Of a stretch of DNA of 64,000 bases, positions 9,651-17,754 are shown piece after piece. The DNA is from Salmonella phage vB_SenS-3. Position 1 is the stretch's first letter; each line of letters begins with the position of its first letter. The notes under the pieces are model-generated. The model made no database searches. It was not told the DNA's origin and worked only from the letters and a program-made list of their open reading frames with translations. The stretch lies in sequence record OR896822.1; one strand, 5' to 3'. Position numbers and translations under genes: made by a program.

Positions 9651-10347
9651 GGCGTTTTCCTTTCTCTTTATCGAGTTTTAGGGCAGCTTTAACAGCTTCA
9701 TTAACCAACGTGATAACTTCTTCACGACTCCATTTAAAGCCCAGAGCCTTAACATCAACTCCCAGCTTTTCCAGATGTTTAACAGAGGCTAATTCGTAGT
9801 GCATATAGTGAACGTTCTGTTGTTTACCTTCTGATAACAACCAAACACGATAGCAACCAACTGGATTAGTCATTGCTTTCTTGATTTCACCAATACACTG
9901 ATAGCCAGGAACCCAAACAAGTTCACCAACTTCAAATTCTTCTGCCATCGCATCATCAGGAATCAGCGGTGGATTCAATGGATCAACAATATCGTTTAAA
10001 CGAAGCAAAGCACCATAACGTTCCAGAACAGATTTAATCATCGCTACAGAACGATAATTACGATCTGCGATTTCTTCAAAAGAATCACCAGAAAGATACT
10101 GTTCAATTACGTTTGCAAGCTCAACACCTTCAATCAGTGTTCCACGCTTCTTCTTTTTCATTTCCGCAACCTGAACCTGACGATCTCTCCATTCTTCAAT
10201 CATTCGTTCCATAGTTGGGTTAGAAGAAACACCGAGCATTTCACATGCTGCTTTCTTAGTACCACCATTCTCTAGATGTTCAATAACCTTTTTAAAGGTT
10301 TCATCAGGGATTTCATGGATAAGTTTCTTTCTACGAGAACCAGCCAT
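9643..10347 (-). CDS. hypothetical protein with N-terminal HTH-like segment
   Basis: 234 aa; N-terminal TKKAACEMLGVSSNPTMERMIEEW resembles a helix-turn-helix. Confidence 0.6.
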   Translation of the reverse strand: MAGSRRKKLIHEIPDETFKKVIEHLENGGTKKAACEMLGVSSNPTMERMIEEWRDRQVQVAEMKKKKRGTLIEGVELANVIEQYLSGDSFEEIADRNYRSVAMIKSVLERYGALLRLNDIVDPLNPPLIPDDAMAEEFEVGELVWVPGYQCIGEIKKAMTNPVGCYRVWLLSEGKQQNVHYMHYELASVKHLEKLGVDVKALGFKWSREEVITLVNEAVKAALKLDKEKGKRRE

Positions 10348-10378
10348 ATTTAAACTCCTCTCTCAAATTTATGAATCT

Positions 10379-10407
10379 ATTATACAGAAAAATTTTCCTG
10401 AAAGCAA
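10379..10407 (-). promoter_or_regulatory. sigma70-type promoter
   Basis: minus-strand -35 TTGCTT, 17 bp, -10 TATAAT, conserved ATTCATAAATTTGAGAGG leader. Confidence 0.6.
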
Positions 10408-10415
10408 ATAAATTT

Positions 10416-10874
10416 TTAAGCTGGATATAGCTCGGCTTTGAAAGCAGCTCTAACTTCTATGGCCTCTTCTAACGAATTGCATTGTTGGTACTTACGAGTA
10501 TTTCCTTTTTGCATAAGTACACAGTATTTTTCACCGCGCATATAGATATTAGATTCTCCTAACTTATTGTCCTTTCTCACATCTATATTATGCATTTGAT
10601 CAGATCTATTGGAATCTTCTAGATTCTCTATGAAATTACAATCCTTAATTCTGTTATTATGGTCTATCTCTTCAGGAATATATCCTTTATGATACAGAAA
10701 GACTAACTGATGTTCTCCCCATTTCTTGCCTTTGAAACCAATCCTGATATACCCTTTGTGCTTCCCACCCGCAAACTGCCCTATTAACCTCTTTTGGTTA
10801 GTTTTCCTCCATTTGAGGTGGCCAGTTTCTGAATCATATTCAAAGGCTTCTCTAACCTCTTCTTGAGTTATCAT
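10416..10874 (-). CDS. HNH homing endonuclease with AP2-like DNA-binding domain
   Basis: 152 aa; HNH motif EIDHNNRIKDCNFIENLEDSNRSDQMHN; C-terminal AP2-like region. Confidence 0.75.
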   Translation of the reverse strand: MITQEEVREAFEYDSETGHLKWRKTNQKRLIGQFAGGKHKGYIRIGFKGKKWGEHQLVFLYHKGYIPEEIDHNNRIKDCNFIENLEDSNRSDQMHNIDVRKDNKLGESNIYMRGEKYCVLMQKGNTRKYQQCNSLEEAIEVRAAFKAELYPA

Positions 10875-11103
10875 CTTCTTTAATTAATTCTCCTAATTCC
10901 TTATAAACACGTTCTAACTCAAAAGGGATACGTAAGGATATTCGTACCTTACGTTGTTTTAACAGCCATATAGATACGTTCGGAATACCAGCCAATCTGG
11001 GAGGGACCACTCGGCATAGTTTCTCCGCAGTATCGTAAACAGAAGTTTTCCGTTCTTTTACTGAAAACTTCCTTGTTTCCCACTTTTTATTCTTCGCTGT
11101 CAT
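10852..11103 (-). CDS. hypothetical protein
   Basis: ORF overlapping 3' end of helicase gene; start trimmed to internal ATG; basic protein. Confidence 0.4.
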   Translation of the reverse strand: MTAKNKKWETRKFSVKERKTSVYDTAEKLCRVVPPRLAGIPNVSIWLLKQRKVRISLRIPFELERVYKELGELIKEDDNSRRG

Positions 11104-13876
11104 TTCTAGCCCCCAATTCAGCAAGAGCTTCCTCATGCATCTGACGTTCTTCATCTGTCATAAACTTAACTGGAATCGGCATACATTCGATCTTACAGTA
11201 AGTTCTGTACCAGTCCACAATCTTTTCCGTATCCAGATCTTTACCGATACCCATCATGCCAAGATACATACGAGCATATTTTGGGTTAGCGCTCTGACCT
11301 GTCTTAAGGAAGAAATCCTTCTTCTTATTCTTAAGAGCTTCGATAAACGGTTTGATTGTTACGTTTGAACACTTTTTAATATCTTCCCAGAACATGTCGT
11401 GCATCTTATGGAAGAATGCAGCTCTATCGTTTGGTTTATCCTTGATATACTGTTCAACGTGTTCCACTGTTACATCTTTAATAGAATCCAGATGATAATA
11501 GCGAACCAGAAGTAACTTGGCTTCATAGGCATCTGCATGACGTGGTGCACAATATTCAGGAGTTGAGTGCAAAATAGCTTTGATTCGCTCTTCTGTATAC
11601 TCTTTGCCTGCACCTTCGATAGTCCCCCAGCTTTCACTGAAGATATCAATAGTTGCACCTTGATCGAGAAGATAATAACGCAAAGTACTGGTATAGTTTC
11701 TAGATTCCAGCTCACGACGGCGTGCGTACAGTTGCTGAGCTAACTCAATCCAACCCTCGTCAATATTATATTGCTCGGAACCAGCAGAGAATCCACTCGT
11801 AGATTTATCAATAAAATAATAAATGTTCTGAGCACCACGGTCGCGCCTGATTGCTTGAAAACGCATGTTTGGCGCTTGGTTTGAGGTTCTAGTGATTACG
11901 AATACGTTATCAAAATAGTTAAAGTCAACACCACTCGTTACAGATGGACTACATAACAAACAATCAATCTGTTGATCAATTAGCTCATTAGTTGTATAAT
12001 CCAGAATACGTCGGATATCTACATCAGACGTAGAGTTTGAGTGAATTTCTTTAACTAACGCACCAGTATTACGACGTAATGCCATTCCCTTCTCATTCAG
12101 TTCATCCGGGCCACAGTCAGATACTAGGATTGATTTCTCCCCCATCTCTAAAGATGTTTGAAGTGCAACCCAAATACTGGATTCATCAGGGAACTCATAT
12201 GCATGAGCTTTTGCCAGCATTTTACGGTGATGATTATAGAACGCGACCGGTTTATCAAAATCAATCAAAGAACCATAGGCTTCAATCGTTTCTGCACTGA
12301 TATCACCATCAGATAAGATAACCGTTTTTGCAGTAATAAGAATATCGCGAAGAACCTGAATACATTCACGACGGTTTTTAACAACCGGGGCGAATAACAG
12401 ATCATTCATTACTGCGTCACATTCATCAATAAAGATCGTATCAATCTGACCCACAAAGCTCTTGAACTTATGGATAGAGTGAATAGTTGAAGACATACGA
12501 TCAATAGCACCACGTTTGAAGTTCAGCATATCAACTGACTTATCATACTGACCAGCACCGAATTTCTTCGCGTTTGAAGATACAAGTGCCCTAGTATTTG
12601 TGATTGCAATAAAGTTTCCTGGAAGAACACCTGCATCTAGCCACTTAGTTACTGCTGTGGTTTTACCTGTACCAAGACTTGCCTTAACAAATGTTAAATG
12701 TCCTTTTGGGGGTACAATGTTAATCTTCAAGTATGGAACTTCTGGCGGTGAATCTGTGTCCAGACGCTTTAGTGGTACACCTTTTAAGTTGGGTGGAATC
12801 TCACGTTTGGAGTTATTCACAAAGGCTTTTAGAGCCTGCTTACGACCGTTATTAAAGTAATCTTGAATATTACGACTATTATCTTTAGTTGCAATATATT
12901 CAGATAAAGCTGGTTTAATCTCACGTTCTAACCACGTAAAGTCAACACCATCTTCTAACGCTCTGTGATAAAGTTTTGGGATAATACGCAGGTACACCCC
13001 ATCCTCAGCTTCTTCTAGTTCGCTGATGGTTTCTTCCACTTTATCAGATGCAGCTTTCTTGCCTTTAATTTGGTCAAGTAAGGAGTAGAATTCTTCTTTA
13101 AACTCACCTCTAGTTGTTTCAAAGTCAACTAGGTTATTGGGTAGATTCACTTTCGAACCCTTAACATACACAAGACGTGGTTTATTCTCCGCTTTAAACG
13201 GATCGACTATACCATCATCAAACAAGGGATCTGCGAAATAGTGAAGCTGAACAGAAGAATAATAAGCTAAGTCAGCAATATCAAAGCCATACTTTTGCTT
13301 ACTACTGTCATTGATAGATGTAAATAAGAACTTTAACTGTCCCTGCGTTACCTTGACATTAGATTCTAGCATTAAGTGCATTCGGATACCTGGTTTTAAT
13401 CCAGCCGAAGACGATGCATGGGCAATAAACCCTGCATCAAGAGGAAACATATCCTCACTAATACTATTCAACATCTTAATAATATGACGTGCCATGCCAA
13501 CAAGATTAAACTTGTCATAGCCACCAGTATCTACAATACCATCCACGTCCATAGCGATAATATGACTAGGATTGGATACGTTAAAGTTTCCTCTGGTACG
13601 ACGCACATTATCTTTTGGAGCTAGACATTTACCACGAATAGCTACAATATGCGGGTCTTTGGTAAGACGACGCATGATAGATAACATTTCAGCAAGGTTT
13701 TGCGGGTCAAGTTCTTCAAGTACATCAAATTTGAAGGGCATGGAAGCTGGTTTACCTTCTGGATGCTCTTTAGAGAATCGCTTTGCAAAGGTATAATCTT
13801 CCACTTTGATCTCTTTCCAGATGCCAGTGGCTTTATCTCTGGAAAATCCTGCGTGACCTTGTAGGATTGAGAACAC
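11087..13876 (-). CDS. large P-loop NTPase / superfamily helicase (putative replication origin-binding or primase-helicase type)
   Basis: Walker A SLGTGKTTAV mid-protein; six-frame ORF extends to 13999, but a GTG at 13876 follows RBS AGGAG and the upstream N-terminus looks non-coding. Confidence 0.75.
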   Translation of the reverse strand: MFSILQGHAGFSRDKATGIWKEIKVEDYTFAKRFSKEHPEGKPASMPFKFDVLEELDPQNLAEMLSIMRRLTKDPHIVAIRGKCLAPKDNVRRTRGNFNVSNPSHIIAMDVDGIVDTGGYDKFNLVGMARHIIKMLNSISEDMFPLDAGFIAHASSSAGLKPGIRMHLMLESNVKVTQGQLKFLFTSINDSSKQKYGFDIADLAYYSSVQLHYFADPLFDDGIVDPFKAENKPRLVYVKGSKVNLPNNLVDFETTRGEFKEEFYSLLDQIKGKKAASDKVEETISELEEAEDGVYLRIIPKLYHRALEDGVDFTWLEREIKPALSEYIATKDNSRNIQDYFNNGRKQALKAFVNNSKREIPPNLKGVPLKRLDTDSPPEVPYLKINIVPPKGHLTFVKASLGTGKTTAVTKWLDAGVLPGNFIAITNTRALVSSNAKKFGAGQYDKSVDMLNFKRGAIDRMSSTIHSIHKFKSFVGQIDTIFIDECDAVMNDLLFAPVVKNRRECIQVLRDILITAKTVILSDGDISAETIEAYGSLIDFDKPVAFYNHHRKMLAKAHAYEFPDESSIWVALQTSLEMGEKSILVSDCGPDELNEKGMALRRNTGALVKEIHSNSTSDVDIRRILDYTTNELIDQQIDCLLCSPSVTSGVDFNYFDNVFVITRTSNQAPNMRFQAIRRDRGAQNIYYFIDKSTSGFSAGSEQYNIDEGWIELAQQLYARRRELESRNYTSTLRYYLLDQGATIDIFSESWGTIEGAGKEYTEERIKAILHSTPEYCAPRHADAYEAKLLLVRYYHLDSIKDVTVEHVEQYIKDKPNDRAAFFHKMHDMFWEDIKKCSNVTIKPFIEALKNKKKDFFLKTGQSANPKYARMYLGMMGIGKDLDTEKIVDWYRTYCKIECMPIPVKFMTDEERQMHEEALAELGARNDSEE

Positions 13877-14372
13877 AACAATACTCCTATGTTGGTTATT
13901 CGAATATCTTTCTTTAGGACTATTCAAAAGAATAGAACAACTATTACTACCATTTACACAAACATTAATCATCATCAAGCAGTATGAATAAGTTATCATA
14001 CCTCAGTGCTGCGCTCTCTTAACTCTTATCCAGATCAGAACCTAGGTCATTGGCCGCTAAGCCGATTCTGATTGCCCTCACTATCCTATTGGTAGGTGGC
14101 TACTGGACGTGTCACCATTCGCTGCTCTTTTCGTTCGCACCCCCATATAAAGCTCTGCCTATATAACGAGCTAAATATGCACGGTTTGGATTTACCTTTC
14201 CGAATTCAGGGTACGCAGATCACTTAATTGATAATTAACTAATGCAGTATAAACACTAGTAATAGTTAAAACAACCCTTAATGGGGCAGCCTAACTGTTC
14301 CGTATTGCGGACTGTAAACAAGAAAAATTAGCAAAATCAATTTTTACTAATGTCTCTCAATTCAATATAAAT

Positions 14373-14401
14373 ATTATATCAAGATTTTGAGCATCCTGCA
14401 A
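14373..14401 (-). promoter_or_regulatory. sigma70-type promoter reading into the ORF-free region 13877..14372
   Basis: minus-strand -35 TTGCAG, 17 bp, -10 TATAAT, conserved ATTTATATTGAATTGAGAG leader. Confidence 0.55.
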
Positions 14402-14440
14402 GTAAAATTTTTCCGAAGGTGCTATCAGTGTCCTTGAGCA

Positions 14441-14468
14441 CAGAGAAAACCGAGTCAAAATGACTCGG
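14441..14468 (-). terminator. putative terminator downstream of gene 14493..14816
   Basis: 9-bp perfect hairpin ACCGAGTCA/TGACTCGGT followed by TTTCTCT on minus strand. Confidence 0.5.
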
Positions 14469-14492
14469 TAATCAGGATTGAGCTAATGAAAA

Positions 14493-14816
14493 TCAATCAT
14501 CATTTAGGCCTGGGACATAGATTCCAATGCGATTTAATTGACCTTTAGCTTCTTCGAGAATATCTTCGGTGTACTCCCAAATATCATCTTCTACTTGCAA
14601 AAGATAAGGGGATTCACCAGTTTCGGGCTCACGTGTAATGGCTAAGCCACGTGGATGGAATATAGAGAAGTTGAGGGCAACAATCAAGCCCATGCTGGAC
14701 AATTCATTCCAGTCAGCTTCCCAGCCATCATCTTCATCTTCGTCCACAAATACACCTACACTAGGGTCTGTTACAGAAGTAAACGGAAATGTTACACTAA
14801 CCTTGTCAACCCCCAA
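14493..14816 (-). CDS. hypothetical protein, paralog of 14898..15326
   Basis: 107 aa; shares DW-EL-MGL-ALN ... TGE-P ... PGL pattern with the adjacent ORF. Confidence 0.6.
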   Translation of the reverse strand: MGVDKVSVTFPFTSVTDPSVGVFVDEDEDDGWEADWNELSSMGLIVALNFSIFHPRGLAITREPETGESPYLLQVEDDIWEYTEDILEEAKGQLNRIGIYVPGLNDD

Positions 14817-14897
14817 CCAACGTGCAAGGAGCCCCTCAGCACGCTATACCAAACTAGGATCTATCTGACGCCAAAATACTTGTTCCATTCTGCCTCC

Positions 14898-15326
14898 TTA
14901 AGCAGTTAAACCTGGGATCATATACCCGAAACGACGAAGTTTCTGAATCCCCTCATTTACTTCCTCGGGCGAATATGACCAGCCCTCACGTTCATTTACC
15001 TGGAAAGCAGGAGCTTCACCAGTGCGATAGTTTACAATAAGACGGTGATTTGCAGGCATAAACAGCTTATGGTTCAAGGCAAAAACCAGACCCATTTCAT
15101 CGAGTTCTTTCCAGTCTACAATTTCTTCTACTCCCCCACCTAAATCCACGCTAACTCCAATACACGGAGCTTCCTCTAGTGGGCCTTTAAAAGACAGGAA
15201 GATATCGTTATTCTCACACCAAATCTTAAGCAGATTGATGGTTTCATTGTACATACCATTAGGGAGAGAACGCCAGAAGTTGAGGAGCATAGGATTTACC
15301 TCTTTCATGAAAATATTATTGAACAT
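14898..15326 (-). CDS. hypothetical protein, paralog of 14493..14816
   Basis: 142 aa; C-terminal region alignable to neighbouring 107 aa ORF. Confidence 0.6.
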   Translation of the reverse strand: MFNNIFMKEVNPMLLNFWRSLPNGMYNETINLLKIWCENNDIFLSFKGPLEEAPCIGVSVDLGGGVEEIVDWKELDEMGLVFALNHKLFMPANHRLIVNYRTGEAPAFQVNEREGWSYSPEEVNEGIQKLRRFGYMIPGLTA

Positions 15327-15328
15327 GC

Positions 15329-15868
15329 TTATACCTTAAGTTTCTGAAGAGCCTTACACATTTCAAGATCTGGACTAAATTCCAGCATATAGCTTATAGC
15401 ATTTAAATCTTGAAGGTTTATTCCAGTCCTGCCATTTACAATAACAGTAGGAAATTGGTACATCATAGCACCAGCATCATCTAGGACGCACCAATGCTTG
15501 AGCTTATGTTTTTCTACGAAACGTAAGACAGAATTACCTCGAGATAAACCACCTCCAGTAAAATCTGTTGTACCAAGAAAACGATCGATCAAACCGAGTC
15601 CGGTCATAATCTGAACGTTCTCCATTTCATTTCGTACAGAAAACCATGAAGATACCCCAACAATCATTATTGGGGATGGCTTAAGAAAGTTCTGAAAAGC
15701 CTGGAGTAATGGCTTGTAAACCCAATCACCACCAAAGAATAGCTTTTCACTATCTGGAGCATGATGGTGAGAGATGCTCGAATTGAGCACCCCATCAATA
15801 TCCGGGAAAATCACAGGAGTATTACTTATTTCCACCAGTAGCATCCCACGTCCAGACTTTAACTTCAT
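15329..15868 (-). CDS. HAD-superfamily hydrolase-like protein (putative phosphatase/nucleotidase)
   Basis: 179 aa; N-terminal IFPDIDGVL resembles HAD motif I (DxDG); VLDDAG near C-terminus. Confidence 0.5.
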   Translation of the reverse strand: MKLKSGRGMLLVEISNTPVIFPDIDGVLNSSISHHHAPDSEKLFFGGDWVYKPLLQAFQNFLKPSPIMIVGVSSWFSVRNEMENVQIMTGLGLIDRFLGTTDFTGGGLSRGNSVLRFVEKHKLKHWCVLDDAGAMMYQFPTVIVNGRTGINLQDLNAISYMLEFSPDLEMCKALQKLKV

Positions 15869-16007
15869 CAGTAAAAGGAACTGGAACCTTCAATTCACCT
15901 TTACCCCACATAACAGATAGGAACAGAGAATAAATGGTAATCATACCGATTAGGTTGACAAACCATACTAGACCTTTCCAGATACCCTTAAAAATCTTCT
16001 TCACCAT
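15822..16007 (-). CDS. small membrane protein
   Basis: start set at ATG after RBS AGGAGGG; one hydrophobic helix (LVWFVNLIGMITIYSLFLSVMW). Confidence 0.4.
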   Translation of the reverse strand: MVKKIFKGIWKGLVWFVNLIGMITIYSLFLSVMWGKGELKVPVPFTDEVKVWTWDATGGNK

Positions 16008-16170
16008 ATTCTCCCTCCTTAATAAGGAACTCTTTCCATTCTGCTGTATCCTCATAGATAACGCAGAAATCATCACTCTTCCATGAGAAGTCATCAGTAG
16101 CAAATTCGAAACGGTAGCACCAACTACCGTCTGGCCATACTAAAAGATCACACATGCTTTTCTGGGACAT
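15988..16170 (-). CDS. hypothetical protein
   Basis: start trimmed to ATG after RBS GGAGGG; acidic C-terminus. Confidence 0.4.
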   Translation of the reverse strand: MSQKSMCDLLVWPDGSWCYRFEFATDDFSWKSDDFCVIYEDTAEWKEFLIKEGEYGEEDF

Positions 16171-16999
16171 AAATATTTCCCTCCATAAAAGCTTCAACTT
16201 GATCAATAAAGTGTTTATTACCAAAAACTTCGGCAGCTCCAGCACGCCATACAGTAACACCACGTTTCTCATATTCAAGCTGTTCATCATAGCGAACTTG
16301 AGGGTTAACAACCATCATCTTAGTTCCACGACATACAGCAGGGAATAGTTCCCAGTTGAAGTCAATCACTTGGTTGCTACAACCTACTACAATAACCATA
16401 TCATTGCTAGTAAGTGTATCAAACAGGTTAATCTGACCCATATACCACGGAGCCGTCTCACCAAAGAATGTTACGTTTGGTTTTACCCATTCGTAATCTT
16501 CAGGAACAATTGCAGTGTATCCAACATCTTCGATGATTTGATTGCGACCCCGACGATAGATCACCTCTTTCAAGTACCCGTGAGCGTGAATGATTTCATC
16601 ACGAGGGATACCAGCACGTTCCAGAAGGTCATCAACGTTAGTAGTGAAGTTCTTCACGCTATCCGCACCATAACGCTGGAACCATTCTGCAATTCGCAGA
16701 TGGGCAATGTTAGGCTCAACAGTCTGTAATTCCTGACGACGCATGTTGTAGAACTCATGAGTCTTGAGATACAGATCGTTACCCTCTTCATCAATGCCAG
16801 GGAAACGAGCACTGAAGTAGTTAGGATCATCTTCACCACAGAAGCGACGGAAGCCAGCTTCAAAGTTAGGCAAGCTACATACTTCCTCTAGATCGTACTC
16901 ATCCCACAAAGATTTTCCACTAGCAGTATCAGTACGGAAAGCACGAACACCACTATCAACACTTAAACCAGCACCACTAACAATGATTAGTCTACGCAT
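16148..16999 (-). CDS. Sir2-family (sirtuin-like) NAD-dependent protein
   Basis: 283 aa; sirtuin-like motifs SGAGLSVDSGVRAFR, TTNVDDL, IHAHG, VTFFGE. Confidence 0.75.
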   Translation of the reverse strand: MRRLIIVSGAGLSVDSGVRAFRTDTASGKSLWDEYDLEEVCSLPNFEAGFRRFCGEDDPNYFSARFPGIDEEGNDLYLKTHEFYNMRRQELQTVEPNIAHLRIAEWFQRYGADSVKNFTTNVDDLLERAGIPRDEIIHAHGYLKEVIYRRGRNQIIEDVGYTAIVPEDYEWVKPNVTFFGETAPWYMGQINLFDTLTSNDMVIVVGCSNQVIDFNWELFPAVCRGTKMMVVNPQVRYDEQLEYEKRGVTVWRAGAAEVFGNKHFIDQVEAFMEGNIYVPEKHV

Positions 17000-17193
17000 T
17001 ATACGATTCCTTGCTTGAATCCTTCGATGATATTTTGGAGCAGAATTGCTTCTTCTGGGCGAACCTTCTCTTGCTTAATAAGCATATCCAAACCAGCAAT
17101 ACAGGTAGCTACTCCAGCATTATACCCAGCATTCCACTGCTCCATAAGCATATTTTCTAAATTACTTTTTAGATTCTGATTCAAGAAGTCCAT
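16999..17193 (-). CDS. hypothetical protein
   Basis: start set at internal ATG (MDFLNQ...) with RBS GGAGG; upstream part of the six-frame ORF looks non-coding. Confidence 0.45.
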   Translation of the reverse strand: MDFLNQNLKSNLENMLMEQWNAGYNAGVATCIAGLDMLIKQEKVRPEEAILLQNIIEGFKQGIV

Positions 17194-17365
17194 AAAGTTT
17201 TTCCTCCAATTCCATAATACGATTTTCGTAAGAAGCACGCAGCTTCTCGATGGACAAAGCACGAACTGTAACTTCATCTGAATTGATCGCTAGCTGAGCT
17301 AGATCTTCTGTTTCCATACGTCCGTTGTAAATTAAGCGATATTTAAGATGTTTTACGTTTTTCAT
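17162..17365 (-). CDS. hypothetical protein
   Basis: 67 aa ORF with coiled-coil-like composition. Confidence 0.5.
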   Translation of the reverse strand: MKNVKHLKYRLIYNGRMETEDLAQLAINSDEVTVRALSIEKLRASYENRIMELEEKLYGLLESESKK

Positions 17366-17374
17366 TCTTGTTCC

Positions 17375-17656
17375 TTAGTTCTGTACTGTAAATTCATTCT
17401 TATCACAGTGAGCATAATAATACCCATACATACGATAAATTTTCACAGCCTTAGTAGACCCCTTCGATTCTTCATAATCAATCCAGAGCCACTTGTCTTT
17501 ACCTACATAATGTACCCGAAACTTCTTAACTTTCTTATCATTCCATGTTGCAACAACACGACGATAATCAAATCCGCCCAACCAATCTAGAGCCTTACGT
17601 TCTTCACTAGGCTCTCCAAGATGGGAAACATCTACTTTCGGAAGCAATTCGCTCAT
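17375..17656 (-). CDS. hypothetical protein
   Basis: 93 aa ORF directly downstream of minus-strand promoter 17684..17712. Confidence 0.55.
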   Translation of the reverse strand: MSELLPKVDVSHLGEPSEERKALDWLGGFDYRRVVATWNDKKVKKFRVHYVGKDKWLWIDYEESKGSTKAVKIYRMYGYYYAHCDKNEFTVQN

Positions 17657-17683
17657 AGCTTTCTCCTCTCAAATTTATAAATC

Positions 17684-17712
17684 AATTATACATAAGTTTT
17701 AGCTCGAAAGCA
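17684..17712 (-). promoter_or_regulatory. sigma70-type promoter
   Basis: minus-strand -35 TTGCTT, 17 bp, -10 TATAAT, conserved leader TGATTTATAAATTTGAGAGG. Confidence 0.6.
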
Positions 17713-17746
17713 AATAAAATAAAAGCCAGGTCGACTAGCAACCTGG
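17711..17746 (-). terminator. putative terminator downstream of nrdD
   Basis: GCCAGG/CCTGGC stem with T-rich tract on minus strand, just after nrdD stop. Confidence 0.45.
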
Positions 17747-17754
17747 CTGATTCA

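Noticed and set aside
11087-13999. Full-length 970 aa ORF start at 13999
   Set aside because: The first 41 codons are Cys/Asn-rich with no RBS; an in-frame GTG at 13876 follows AGGAG, so the upstream extension is probably non-coding
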